A DNA stretch of 64,000 bases from Vicinamibacteria bacterium (GCA_963668695.2 CAXXLQ010000004.1:3360001-3424000); one strand, 5' to 3'; counted from the stretch's first letter, positions 52,774 to 62,637 are shown. The notes: generated by a model not told the origin, from the sequence alone. Translations and numbers: made by a program.

Positions 52774-53619
52774 ATGAGTCCGTTGCGTTTGTGGGCGCTG
52801 TCGGACCTGCATATATCCCATCCGGCGAACCGGGAAGCGCTTGAGAGCTTTCCCGCGCATCCCGAAGACTGGCTCGTCCTGGCGGGGGACATCACGGATG
52901 GGGCCCGGCACCTCGACTGGCTGCTGGGGCACCTCACCCCAAAGTTTCGTCAGATCGTCTGGGCCCCCGGAAACCACGAGCTCTGGACTCTTCCGGACAC
53001 TGCCCCTCCACTGCGGGGCGTCGCTCTTTATGAGCGGCTCGTCGAGATAGCCCACGCGCACGGCGCGCTTACCCCCGAAGACCCCTACCCGATTGTCGAG
53101 CACCGCGACGGGAGGATCATGATCGCGCCGCTGTTCCTGCTCTACGACTACAGCTTTCGGCCGCGGCACGTTCCGCGCCATCAGGTCGTTCGCTGGGCCC
53201 ACGAGACCGGCGCCGTCTGCACGGACGAATACGTGCTGCATCCCGACCCCTTCCCGGATCGGGACTCCTGGTGCGCCGCGCGCTGCGAATCCACCTTCGC
53301 ACGGCTCGCCGCATGTCCGGCGGAAATCCCGAAAGTGCTGATCAATCACTTCCCCCTCGAAGAGGAACACGCCGTGCTCCCCCGCGTTCCCCGCTTTACC
53401 CCCTGGTGCGGAACACAGCGGACGCACGGTTGGCACCGGCGCTTCAACGCCTGCGCGGTGGTGTACGGGCACCTGCATATCCGGGGAATTCATTGGCTGG
53501 ACGGGGTGCCCTTTCAGGAGGTATCGCTCGGCTACCCAAACCAGTGGGACCGAGCGCGGGGGGTCGGCGCCTACCTGCGCGAGGTGACCCTGGCGTCTCG
53601 AAGTCCCGCTCCCCGATGA
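52774..53619 (+). CDS. Calcineurin-like metallophosphoesterase resembling mycobacterial PptH (Rv2795c)
   Basis: LWALSDLH, DWLVLAGD, PGNHELW, PLFLLYDYSF, NHFPL, WCGT, YGHLH, EVSLGYP; similarity to PptH is from recall. Confidence 0.82.
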   Translation: MSPLRLWALSDLHISHPANREALESFPAHPEDWLVLAGDITDGARHLDWLLGHLTPKFRQIVWAPGNHELWTLPDTAPPLRGVALYERLVEIAHAHGALTPEDPYPIVEHRDGRIMIAPLFLLYDYSFRPRHVPRHQVVRWAHETGAVCTDEYVLHPDPFPDRDSWCAARCESTFARLAACPAEIPKVLINHFPLEEEHAVLPRVPRFTPWCGTQRTHGWHRRFNACAVVYGHLHIRGIHWLDGVPFQEVSLGYPNQWDRARGVGAYLREVTLASRSPAPR

Positions 53620-54353
53620 CAGTCCTGGACGATCCGTGGTGGAGCCCCTGGCGCGAGGCCGACGGCTCGCTCATCCTGCATGTGGACCTCCGGCCTGATC
53701 AGGGAAGGGAGGCGCGGGCTCTGGATCTGCTCGACGACGAAGAACGGCGGCGATGGGACCGATTCCTGGTGCAACGCGCCGGGCGCCAGTACTCTCTATG
53801 CCGGGCGGCCCTTCGGATCAATCTGTGCGAGCGGCTGGGGTGCCGGAACCGTGAACTCTCCTTCGGCTATCTCGAACACGGCAAGCCGTTCGCCAAAGTG
53901 AACGGGGCGCCCTCGCCCATCAGTTTCAATGTGAGCCACAGTGGCATGCACGGCCTGATCGCCTTCGCGGAGCACGATGATCTCGGAGTCGACCTGGAAG
54001 AACGCGCTCCCGGCAGGAATTTCGACGGCATCGCGAGCAGCGTTTACGGTCCGGCCGAACGGCGCGCCCTCTCAGCGGCCGCCGGACGCGAGAAGGCGGA
54101 TCTGTTCTACAGGCTGTGGAGCTTGAAGGAGGCTTTGATCAAGGCCCTCGGCACCGGGTTTTCTCTGAATCCGTCCCGCTTCGAGGTGCCCCGGCCGATG
54201 CTCGAGGGCGGGCGGTCCGGCGAGTTCCGCTTCCCGCACAGGCCGTCCGATTCCTTCTGGCTGGAGGACCTGGGAGAACCCCGGTTCGCAGCCGCGCGCG
54301 CCTACCGGTTGCCGGCGCCCGACGTTGTACCGAGCGGTTTCAGCGCGAGCTGA
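53616..54353 (+). CDS. Sfp-type 4'-phosphopantetheinyl transferase
   Basis: HGKP, FNVSHS, LGVDLE, FYRLWSLKEALIKALGTG; ATGA coupling. Confidence 0.93.
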   Translation: MTVLDDPWWSPWREADGSLILHVDLRPDQGREARALDLLDDEERRRWDRFLVQRAGRQYSLCRAALRINLCERLGCRNRELSFGYLEHGKPFAKVNGAPSPISFNVSHSGMHGLIAFAEHDDLGVDLEERAPGRNFDGIASSVYGPAERRALSAAAGREKADLFYRLWSLKEALIKALGTGFSLNPSRFEVPRPMLEGGRSGEFRFPHRPSDSFWLEDLGEPRFAAARAYRLPAPDVVPSGFSAS

Positions 54354-55245
54354 AACCGGTCCGGCGGAGGAAATCCACCGTCAGCCTGGCGCATTCCTCC
54401 GGCTTCTCGAGTTGCGCGAGATGGGTGGTCCCGGGAAGGAACTCGTAGTCGACGGACTTCGAACGGCTCAGATCGCAAGCCGGAAGAAAGTAGTGTTTGA
54501 GAGACGGGTCCGCTCCGATCACCTTCACCGGCAACGGTAGGGAATCCGGGTCCACCATACGGGAGAAGCCAGATATCGACGCCAGGATCTTCGCTTCGTA
54601 CTCGGGCGGACACCGAAGCTCACAGCCGTCCGCCGCGGACCGGAGCGTCGTCCGGGCCATCAACCGGGGCACGTCGGGGAGGACACGGGCGAGTGCCGGC
54701 TGAGCGTTCATCAGGTCGATGAATTCCTGCTGGTTCCGGAACCGGGACGCACGGATCCGGGTTCGCGCTGCCGCCTGGTGACAGGCAAGTTCGAAAACTC
54801 GCTGTCCGACTCCAGCCTGGAACAAGGGCGGGTCGAAAAGAACCAGCGCCGCATACGAGGCGCCGAGGGAAGGTGCCAAGGCGGCTGCCAGACAGGAAAC
54901 GGAGTGGTAGATGCCGGCTCTCGGCCGGACTCCGAAGGCACGGTCTACTACCCGGCCGACGGCCTCCAGATCACAGCAGAAGGTCGGAAGGCTGTGCCGC
55001 GCCAGATCTCCCGACGGGTTCGCCCCATGATTCCGAAGGTCGAACACAATGACGTCAAACTCGTCCAGCAGAAGCGACCAGAACGGGTAGTAGAGGTCGA
55101 TAGCGAGCCCGTTGCCGTGGCTCATCAGCAGCCGGGCGCCATCGGGATTCCCGTATCGGCGGACCGGCACCGCAACGCCGCCCTCCAGCTTCGCTTCGGC
55201 GGTGGAAATCGCCCCGGGCGGGGCCAGCGAGGCGGGATCACGCAT
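54340..55245 (-). CDS. Alpha/beta hydrolase fold protein
   Basis: SHGNG, FDLRNHG, YHSVS nucleophile elbow, FDPP, GTTHL..LEKP. Confidence 0.8.
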   Translation of the reverse strand: MRDPASLAPPGAISTAEAKLEGGVAVPVRRYGNPDGARLLMSHGNGLAIDLYYPFWSLLLDEFDVIVFDLRNHGANPSGDLARHSLPTFCCDLEAVGRVVDRAFGVRPRAGIYHSVSCLAAALAPSLGASYAALVLFDPPLFQAGVGQRVFELACHQAAARTRIRASRFRNQQEFIDLMNAQPALARVLPDVPRLMARTTLRSAADGCELRCPPEYEAKILASISGFSRMVDPDSLPLPVKVIGADPSLKHYFLPACDLSRSKSVDYEFLPGTTHLAQLEKPEECARLTVDFLRRTGFSSR

Positions 55246-55341
55246 GAGGCTCTCGACTCTTGATCGGGGCCGCCGGCTGCGTGGTCGGAATTCCCGCCCC
55301 GGAGGCGGGGATTCCCGCGCCTCCGGAAGGGGGTCAGAGCG

Positions 55342-57426
55342 TCAGTTCCCCTTGTCCTCCGGCAAGGCCAGAGCCACGTAGGACTCCGGCACCCGGCCGC
55401 GCTGACCGGTCTGCACCACGATGTACTGCCGGCCATCGTGCTTGTAGGTCATCATCCCGTACATCCCGATCGCCGGAAGCTCGACGCTGCCGACCTTCTC
55501 GCCAGTCAGCTTGTTGTGGGCATTCAGGACTCGCGGACCCGACATGCCCTCGGTGGTGAGCAGAAGGTCACCGCTCACCATGAGGATCGAGCGCCCCTGC
55601 CCGCCGGCCTTGGAAAGATCCTTCCCCTGAAGCGCCGGATGGTTCTTGATCCGGTCGTTCGGCTCGCCGATCGGGATCCACCAGAGGTGTTCCCCGGTGT
55701 TCATGTCGATCGCGGTGACCCGGCTGTAGGGCGGCTTGTAGATGGGCAGCCCCTCCGGACCCGGTACCCCGATGGTCCGGAAGTTGACCCAGTCGGAGAC
55801 GGTCTCGCCGATAGTGGTGCACTTTCCGCTCGGGGAGGTGCAGTCGTGCACCGACTGATCGGCGTCCACCCCCGGCTGCACCACCCGCCCCGAGCACGAC
55901 GGCCCGGAGGACTGGTAGAGGATGCCGGTGGACGCATCGAGTGCCGCCGGATGGGTGATGTTCACTCCGGCGGTGCTGCCGCAGGCGACCCAGCCCTTGT
56001 TCTCCTCGAATCCCTTCGGGATCGGGGGCGTGTAGGGACCGCCGACCAGATACTCGGAAACGATCTCCATGGCCTGCTGCCGGAGTTCCGGGGTGTAGTC
56101 GATCAGGTTGTCCTCGCTGAGATCCAGCGGCTCGAGCGGCGCCGGCAGCGTCGGGACCGGCTGGGTGGGTGAAAGCTTCTCGCCCGGCACCATGGACTGC
56201 GGAACCTCCTGCTCCTCGATCGGCCACACCGGCTCGCCGGTCTCCCGGTTGAAAGCGAAGGTGTAACCCTGCTTGGTGGTCTGGATGGCCATGGGAACCT
56301 TCTCGCCGTTCACCGTCACGTCCGCCAGGATCGGGACGTTCGGGAGGTCGTAGTTCCAGATCGGATGGTGGGTGGTCTGGAAGTGCCAGACGCGCTCCCC
56401 GGTCTCGGTGTTCAGCGCGATGACGCTGGTGCCGAAGAGGTTGTTTCCGGGGCGGAAGCCGCCGTAGAAATCAATCGTGGGCGCGTTTGTCGGGATGTAG
56501 ACGATGTTGCGGTCGAGATCGGCCGACAAGGGGGCCCAGGAGGAGACGTCGCCCGTCCATTGCCAGGCATCGCTCTCCCAGGTGTCCATCCCGAAGGCGT
56601 CCTCGGACTGCGGGATGACGTGGAACTTCCACTTGAAGGCGCCGGTCTTCACGTCGTAGGCGAGGATGTCGCCGGGGATGTTCTCAATCCGGGTCTGGTG
56701 GTAGCCCTGCGCGTGCGAGTTCCCGATGACGATGGTGCCGTTCACCACGATGGGCGGCGAGGAACTCGTGATGTAGCCGATGGAAGGAGGAAGTCCCTCG
56801 GCGGGGTCGTAGTTGAGGCCGCGGTCGGCGATCAGGTCGGCGACCAGATCCACGACGCCCGTCTTCGGGAACCCCGGGATCGGAACCGGCTTCCCGAAGC
56901 CTTCGAGATGCTCGCCGGTCTGCCCGTCGAACGCGTGCAGGAAGAACCCGGGCGAGACCACGTAGATCACCAGCCGCCCGTCCATCTCCGCGTAAGCGAC
57001 CCCCTTCCCGTAACTCGAACGCATGGATTCCTGAAAGCGTCGCGTATCCGGCTCGCTGTAGGTCCACAGCGTCTCTCCCGTAGCCGGATCCATCGACACG
57101 ACGGTGCGCCGATAACCTACGACCGAGTAGAGCTTCCCGTTGATGTAGCTCGGGGTAGCCTTCGAGAGGTAGCTCGGCTTCGGCCCGTAGTTGTCGCCCC
57201 GCCACATCCAGGCGACTTCCAGGTCGCCGAAGTTGTCCGCATTGATGTCGTTAAGCGGCGAGGAGCGGGTTCCCCAGGCGTCTCCGCTCTGGTAGCGCCA
57301 TTCCCCTTCGGGCATGTCGCGGTTCTGCGCCACGAGGGGCGCCGCCAGCAGCAGCGCGACCGCCAGGATGCCGGCGATCTGCGCCGGGCTTTTCCAAGGC
57401 GCAGAGAGATGGCTCATTCGGGTCAT
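55342..57426 (-). CDS. PQQ-dependent dehydrogenase (quinoprotein glucose dehydrogenase-like), secreted
   Basis: GGAGG SD before ATG 57426; SPLNDINADNF, ATP, SSPP, WHFQTTHHPIWNYD, MTYKHDGRQYIV. Confidence 0.88.
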   Translation of the reverse strand: MTRMSHLSAPWKSPAQIAGILAVALLLAAPLVAQNRDMPEGEWRYQSGDAWGTRSSPLNDINADNFGDLEVAWMWRGDNYGPKPSYLSKATPSYINGKLYSVVGYRRTVVSMDPATGETLWTYSEPDTRRFQESMRSSYGKGVAYAEMDGRLVIYVVSPGFFLHAFDGQTGEHLEGFGKPVPIPGFPKTGVVDLVADLIADRGLNYDPAEGLPPSIGYITSSSPPIVVNGTIVIGNSHAQGYHQTRIENIPGDILAYDVKTGAFKWKFHVIPQSEDAFGMDTWESDAWQWTGDVSSWAPLSADLDRNIVYIPTNAPTIDFYGGFRPGNNLFGTSVIALNTETGERVWHFQTTHHPIWNYDLPNVPILADVTVNGEKVPMAIQTTKQGYTFAFNRETGEPVWPIEEQEVPQSMVPGEKLSPTQPVPTLPAPLEPLDLSEDNLIDYTPELRQQAMEIVSEYLVGGPYTPPIPKGFEENKGWVACGSTAGVNITHPAALDASTGILYQSSGPSCSGRVVQPGVDADQSVHDCTSPSGKCTTIGETVSDWVNFRTIGVPGPEGLPIYKPPYSRVTAIDMNTGEHLWWIPIGEPNDRIKNHPALQGKDLSKAGGQGRSILMVSGDLLLTTEGMSGPRVLNAHNKLTGEKVGSVELPAIGMYGMMTYKHDGRQYIVVQTGQRGRVPESYVALALPEDKGN

Positions 57427-57629
57427 CTGGAACCTCCAGTGATTGGGGAAGCGGCTAATCGTAAGGCTTTCCACGGCCGGTTGGCATCGCCGAAGCGAGG
57501 CGAACATGCGGAACGGCGGCCTCTGGCCGGCACGGTCGCCTGCAAGGGACCAAATCAGCGCCAAGACCCCCGAAAACCACGGGTGTCCACCTGCTACGTC
57601 CGCGGATGTTGGAGCGTTCCATGGGCTAG

Positions 57630-57845
57630 CAGCCTGTGGTGAAACCCAGGCGGCGTTCGAGCGGCGATCCATCCCGGCTGAACCACTCCGCTTCGCTCCG
57701 TTCTGCGTTGCGTTTCGGTCGAAATACACCCGGGCCAGTTCTCCCGGTGGGGGCTCCTCCCTCACGCGCCTTGTCAGCCGGGCGCCTCGCCCCCACCGGG
57801 AGAACTGGCCGCTCTCGGCGCTCACCCGGATCCCACCACAGGCTG
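57630..57845 (+). mobile_element. MITE family A, unit-length copy (216 bp)
   Basis: CAGCCTGTGGTG / CACCACAGGCTG ends with CTAG on both sides; the right CTAG is the upstream gene's stop. Confidence 0.92.
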
Positions 57846-59915
57846 CTAGCGCAGAACGTCCAGCAGATTCGAATGATCGTCCGTCCACAGATAGCGCTCG
57901 TGGGGTTCGGCGGCGTCCCCCGTCCACGGTTCCGCCCGTCCCAGCACGCTCGGATCGGTGATGAAGTCGGTGTTCAGGGTGAGCAGGACCCAGGTCGCGG
58001 TGTAGCGGAAACGTTCCGGTTCCGGGTCGCTGACCATCAACAGCGACAGGAAGTCGAGCTGGAGCGACTGAGCCCGGATCACGGGAGCGAGGTCCACGTG
58101 CCGGTTCGAAATGTGGACGGCAATCGTGCCGCCCGGGGCAAGGCGGCTCTGGTACAGCTCGAAAGCCTCGGCCGTCAGCAGATGGACCGGGATGGCGTCC
58201 CCGGCAAAGGCGTCGAGCACGATCACGTCGAACGCCGGTTCCCCCTCCTGCTGTTCCCTCAGCAGACTCAGTCGGCCGTCGCCGAGCACGACCTCGACAT
58301 CCACCGGCGTATCGGTGAGGAAGGTGAAGAAGTCGCGCGCCGCGCTCACCACCTGAGGGTCGATCTCGTAGAAGCGGAACAGGTCGCCCCTTCGCCCATG
58401 AACGAGTATCGACCCGGTTCCCAATCCGACCACCGCCACCCGGAGGGGCTGGACCAGCCGCCGCTTCGGGTGCCGGTTCAGCACCGCCTCGATGCCGGTG
58501 CCCTCGTAGTAGTAGAGGGTGGGCTCCATGCGGCGTCCGGGAGCGAACCACTGGGAACCGTGCGCGATCCCGCCGTGCCACATGTCGCGGCGCCACTCCG
58601 GGGTGCCCGGGTAAGCCTCCATCACCCGTACGACCCCGAAGAAGTTCCGCGTGGCGGAGAGCGGACGCCGGTGCTCGAGCGCGCTGATCGCGATGACGAT
58701 TCCGAGAGTTGCCGCCGGGACCAGCTTCCACCGCAGGGCCCGGGCTCTCTCGGCGGACGGCCTGCCGACAAGGAAGGCAACCCCCACCGCCAGGACGAGG
58801 GCGAGCGGATACTCCCAGACGTTCGGGAACAGCAACGGACTCCCGAGCGACGCCGCGAGCCCCCCGAGAGCTCCGCCCGCCGTCATCGAGAGATAAAAGC
58901 CCGTGAGGCGGGACGGAACGGGCTTCCTCCGCGCGATCTCCCCATGGACGATCCAGCAACCGATGAACAGGAAGGAGAGCGCCGCAGCAGCGTGTGCGAT
59001 CAAAGCGCTGTCGAGGCCGTAGGTGATGTCCTGGAACCACACGAAGAGGCACGCCGCCACCGAAACGAGTAACAACGGAGGGAGGACGCGGCGGGGGTAC
59101 GGGTTTCCCCCGCGGAACGCCAGGATGAAGGTGAGCAGATAGATGGCGAGTGGAGCGATCCAGAGGAACGGGACCGCCGCCACGTCCCGGGTCAGATGGG
59201 TAGTAACCGCCACCAGCGCCAGCGAGCCGACCGCGGCCAGCAGGAACACCGAAACGTGAAATCCCTGGGCTCCGCGAGGCTCGGGCCGCAAGGCGCCCAC
59301 CGGGGTCCGCGCCGAGAAGAAACCGGCGAGAGTCGTTACGAGGGCGAGCAGAAGGAATCCCCCCGACCACAACTCCGCCTGTCCGGCGAGTCCGACAAGC
59401 GGTTCGAGCAGCAGCGGGTAGCTGGCGAGACCGATGAGGGAGCCCGCGTTCGAGAGCGCGTAGAACCGGTACACGTCGGGCGCCGGCGCTTCGCCCGCTC
59501 CCGGACCGCCGGCGCGCGCCAGCCATACCGAGACCAGCGGAGTGGTTGCGGCGAGCGCGAAGAAGGCGGGCCCAAGGGTGACGAGGAGCGTGAGGAGGAT
59601 CCAGCCCGCCGGAGCCTCCCCGCCCGCGGGAGCCCAGTCGGGTCCGGGGATCGGCGGAAGACAGAACAGGGCGGCCAGACCCAGAACGAGTGCGTGGACC
59701 GCCACCTGAATCCGCGGAGGGAACCGGGTAGCCAGCAGATGCGCGTAGAGATATCCGCCCAGGAGGACTGCCTGGAAGAAGAAGAGCGCCACGGCCCAGA
59801 CCATGGGCGCCCCCCCGTACCAGGGAAGCAGGCTCCGCGCTGCCAGCGGCTGCACGACGAAAAGCAGCAGCGCGCCCAGGAAGACCGCGGCGCCGGAGAT
59901 CCAGATTCTGCTCAC
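57846..59915 (-). CDS. Fused membrane domain / spermidine synthase-like SAM-binding protein
   Basis: Many TM helices; RNFFGV, HGSQ, VVGLGTG, YEIDP, GDGR, LDAF, HLLT.EA, WTDD. Confidence 0.88.
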   Translation of the reverse strand: MSRIWISGAAVFLGALLLFVVQPLAARSLLPWYGGAPMVWAVALFFFQAVLLGGYLYAHLLATRFPPRIQVAVHALVLGLAALFCLPPIPGPDWAPAGGEAPAGWILLTLLVTLGPAFFALAATTPLVSVWLARAGGPGAGEAPAPDVYRFYALSNAGSLIGLASYPLLLEPLVGLAGQAELWSGGFLLLALVTTLAGFFSARTPVGALRPEPRGAQGFHVSVFLLAAVGSLALVAVTTHLTRDVAAVPFLWIAPLAIYLLTFILAFRGGNPYPRRVLPPLLLVSVAACLFVWFQDITYGLDSALIAHAAAALSFLFIGCWIVHGEIARRKPVPSRLTGFYLSMTAGGALGGLAASLGSPLLFPNVWEYPLALVLAVGVAFLVGRPSAERARALRWKLVPAATLGIVIAISALEHRRPLSATRNFFGVVRVMEAYPGTPEWRRDMWHGGIAHGSQWFAPGRRMEPTLYYYEGTGIEAVLNRHPKRRLVQPLRVAVVGLGTGSILVHGRRGDLFRFYEIDPQVVSAARDFFTFLTDTPVDVEVVLGDGRLSLLREQQEGEPAFDVIVLDAFAGDAIPVHLLTAEAFELYQSRLAPGGTIAVHISNRHVDLAPVIRAQSLQLDFLSLLMVSDPEPERFRYTATWVLLTLNTDFITDPSVLGRAEPWTGDAAEPHERYLWTDDHSNLLDVLR

Positions 59916-59951
59916 GAGAGGCGGGGGGGCTTGTTACGATAAGCGGCCATC

Positions 59952-60542
59952 ATGAAGAAACGCCGACCGCATTCTCCGCAAGGTCCCTCCGGAACCGGAA
60001 AGGCAGCGGCTCCGCCGCCGGTTACCGGTCCGGCAACCGCCAAAAAGGGCTGGGGCGCCGCGCCGTACCTCGCGATCGGTTTGCTCGCAGTAGGCGCCGC
60101 GGTGTTCTTCGTCGCGGCCTTCGAGGACACCACCGTGGAGAGCGAACTGCAGCCGGCCTCGGACCTGTCCGCCGCCGCCTATGACCTGGGCGGTCAGGTC
60201 GCCAAGCCGTTTCCCTACTACGACTCGGTCGAGGAGGCGCGCCCCTTCCCGGTGACGCTTCCGCCCAACACCTATACCAACGAAACGCTGCAGACGACCT
60301 ACGCGATCGCCAAGGAGATTCCCGAAGTGCTGGTCCAGTTGCCGTGTCTTTGCGGTTGTCACGGCGCTTCGGAGAATCACGGAAGCCTGCTCGACTGCTA
60401 CGTGGACAACCACGCGGCCACTTGAAGCACCTGCCTCCAGGAGGTCCTCCTGGCCCAGCAGATGCACGAAGACGGAGCGAGTCCCGACGAAATCCGCGAA
60501 GCGATCTACGAGCACGAGTTCACAGACATCCCCCTGCGTTAG
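59952..60542 (+). CDS. PCYCGC-like Cys-rich membrane-anchored protein, probable selenoprotein (TGA 60423-60425)
   Basis: LPCLCGC..H.SLLDCY...HAAT-TGA-STC, continuing in frame as LQEVLLAQQMHEDGASPDEIREAI..F to TAG 60542. Confidence 0.8.
60437..60453 (+). promoter_or_regulatory. Candidate bacterial SECIS element
   Basis: Perfect hairpin CCAGGAG-GTC-CTCCTGG after an 11-nt spacer from the in-frame TGA; loop begins GU. Confidence 0.72.
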
Positions 60543-60614
60543 CGCGCCGAACGGTTCCCTGACGGAACCGCACTCCCGGGCTTTGTCCGCAGGCTGTTCT
60601 AGGTCCGCAGGCTG

Positions 60615-61082
60615 CTAGCGCTCGCGCCAGAAGAGGGGATTCGGGCGGTAGCGCGGGAATGCCCAGGGGAGGTCCTCCATTACCGGCTCGGAGGATGCCT
60701 CCGCCGCCGCTTTGTTTCCCGCTGAACTCGGGGCCCGTGTTCCGTGGTTTTGTTCGAGGTAGTCGAGAACCTTTTCCTGGACTTCGGGCTCGAGCGGCGG
60801 CATTCCCATGCCGAGCATCAGGTCGAGAACCTGTTCCCACTGCTCCCGGTTGAGGTTCGCAGACCTGATGTAGCTGTCGTCATGACAAAAGAGACAGCTC
60901 TCTTCGATGAGCGCCAGGCCCTCATCCGTTGCCGCACGGTCCGCGGCCTGGTTGCCGGGTTCCGGGGAAGTGCCGGTCTCGCCGCCGAAAAGCGCAAACG
61001 CGCTGGGCGGTAGCAGAAGCAGGCCCGCAAGCAGCGAAGCCCGCGTCTCAGAGCGCGGTGACCGCAATCCTGTGCATCGCAT
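60615..61082 (-). CDS. Monoheme cytochrome c, probable partner of the adjacent molybdoenzyme (start uncertain)
   Basis: Signal peptide, CLFCH, W...LDLM..MGM, VLDYL. Confidence 0.8.
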   Translation of the reverse strand: MRCTGLRSPRSETRASLLAGLLLLPPSAFALFGGETGTSPEPGNQAADRAATDEGLALIEESCLFCHDDSYIRSANLNREQWEQVLDLMLGMGMPPLEPEVQEKVLDYLEQNHGTRAPSSAGNKAAAEASSEPVMEDLPWAFPRYRPNPLFWRER

Positions 61083-62247
61083 TGTTCAAGTAGCCCCTCG
61101 GGTTCCAGCCGGGGACGACCATGGGTTGCTGACGTCCCCGGTGATCCGTGGCCCGCGCCCAGATCTCGTAGTGACCCGGGATGTCGAAGGCCACCGAGCC
61201 TTCGAAACGCTGCCACGCGAACGCGTTTTCTGGTTCCTCGAGCTGACACTCCAGCCAGGTCGCTCCAAAGTCGGCGCTTAGATGCATGGCGTTCACCGGG
61301 CCGTCGCCCGCCCATGCCCAGCCGCGTACCGCGAGCGGGCTCGCGGCGGAATGCCGCACCCCGGTTTCGGGACGGGTGATGATGGACTTGACCGGCATCG
61401 GGCCGATGATCTCCATGTCCTCCTCGGGGACCTCGGTCCCCGGGGCCACCGGATAGCGGGGCACGCGGTAGGAAAACCCCGTCATCTTGGGTCCGTCGTG
61501 CACCTGATCGCGGACCCAGAGTCGCCGCAGCCACTTGCCGCTCGCCGAGGCGGGGAAGCCCGGAGCGACCACGCGGAGCGGGAATCCGTGGTGGGGCGGC
61601 AGCGGTTCGCCGTTCATTTCCCAAGCCAGCAGGGTGGAGTCGTCCATCGCCTTGGATACCGGGACCCCCCGCGAAATCGGAATCTCGTCGGGATTTCCGC
61701 TCAGGTGGGGATCCTCCCCGTAGTAGGCGACGTAGACGGCGGTGTCGAGCACCCCGGCAGCGCCCAGCACATCGCGCAGACGCACCCCGGTATAGCGCGC
61801 ACAACCCACGGCGCCGAGCCACCATTGGTTTCCGGACGCTCCCGGCTGAAAGGCCGCCCTCCCGTTGCCCGCGCACTCGAGGACGAGAGCCCGGGTTACG
61901 TTTTCGAATCTCGATCGCAGGTCGGCGAGCGAGAATTCCAACGCGTTTCCGACCTCGCCATCGATCCGGAGCGACCAACCCTCCAGGCTTCCGGAGAGCG
62001 CCCGCTCCGGCAGGCTTCCGTTGTTTCGTACGAAGTGTTTGTCGTTGGGCGTGTGACGCGGATCGAGGTCGGCGACCAGGGTCTCGGCGTTCACCGGCCG
62101 CTCGCTCAGAATCCGGAGGCCGCGCTTCCCGAAGACCGTGCCACCGGTCTGGGCGGCAACGCCCTCCAGGGCCAGGGCGCTCGCGCCGGCAGCCACCGGG
62201 ACCGACCCGAGGAACCGCCGTCTCGACAGGAGATGGACAGGTTTCAT
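61048..62247 (-). CDS. Tat-exported sulfite oxidase family molybdoenzyme (SorA/SorT-like)
   Basis: SRRRFL, FVRNN, LECAGNGR, HGFPLRVV.PG....SGKWL, KS.I, WNPRGYLNN. Confidence 0.92.
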   Translation of the reverse strand: MKPVHLLSRRRFLGSVPVAAGASALALEGVAAQTGGTVFGKRGLRILSERPVNAETLVADLDPRHTPNDKHFVRNNGSLPERALSGSLEGWSLRIDGEVGNALEFSLADLRSRFENVTRALVLECAGNGRAAFQPGASGNQWWLGAVGCARYTGVRLRDVLGAAGVLDTAVYVAYYGEDPHLSGNPDEIPISRGVPVSKAMDDSTLLAWEMNGEPLPPHHGFPLRVVAPGFPASASGKWLRRLWVRDQVHDGPKMTGFSYRVPRYPVAPGTEVPEEDMEIIGPMPVKSIITRPETGVRHSAASPLAVRGWAWAGDGPVNAMHLSADFGATWLECQLEEPENAFAWQRFEGSVAFDIPGHYEIWARATDHRGRQQPMVVPGWNPRGYLNNAMHRIAVTAL

Positions 62248-62637
62248 GGGCGGGAGATGCTATCCGACCTGCCGCCGCCGGAGGACCCTTTTCCGCATGC
62301 CGCAGATGCCCGCGGACGGCCGGTACCAAGCTGCAATTCGTGCCATTTTGCTAGACTGCGTGCCGGTGCGCCTCGTCGAGGCGTTTGGGGTGCCCGGATG
62401 CAGTCCCGGTTTCCCGGTTGTTGCCGCTCCTGCCGGCTAGCGGGGCGGGACCGGTCGAAATGGCGGGTTCTGGTCTTTTTCTTGCTTGTTTGACCGCGCG
62501 TCGCTATGGCGGCCCGGCGAAAACCACCCCCTGCCGGGGAGTTCACAAACCGCTCGCCCCGACGGTACCCACTGACGGTTCCCATTGGCGGACGGGCTGC
62601 GCCGCAACCTCTTCCGACAGCTTGAACGTCTTCTCCC

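Noticed and set aside
55342-59526. 1394-aa fusion ORF
   Set aside because: The N-terminal half is an off-frame read of the spermidine synthase-like gene and a stop-free MITE; the PQQ enzyme has its own SD and start at 57426
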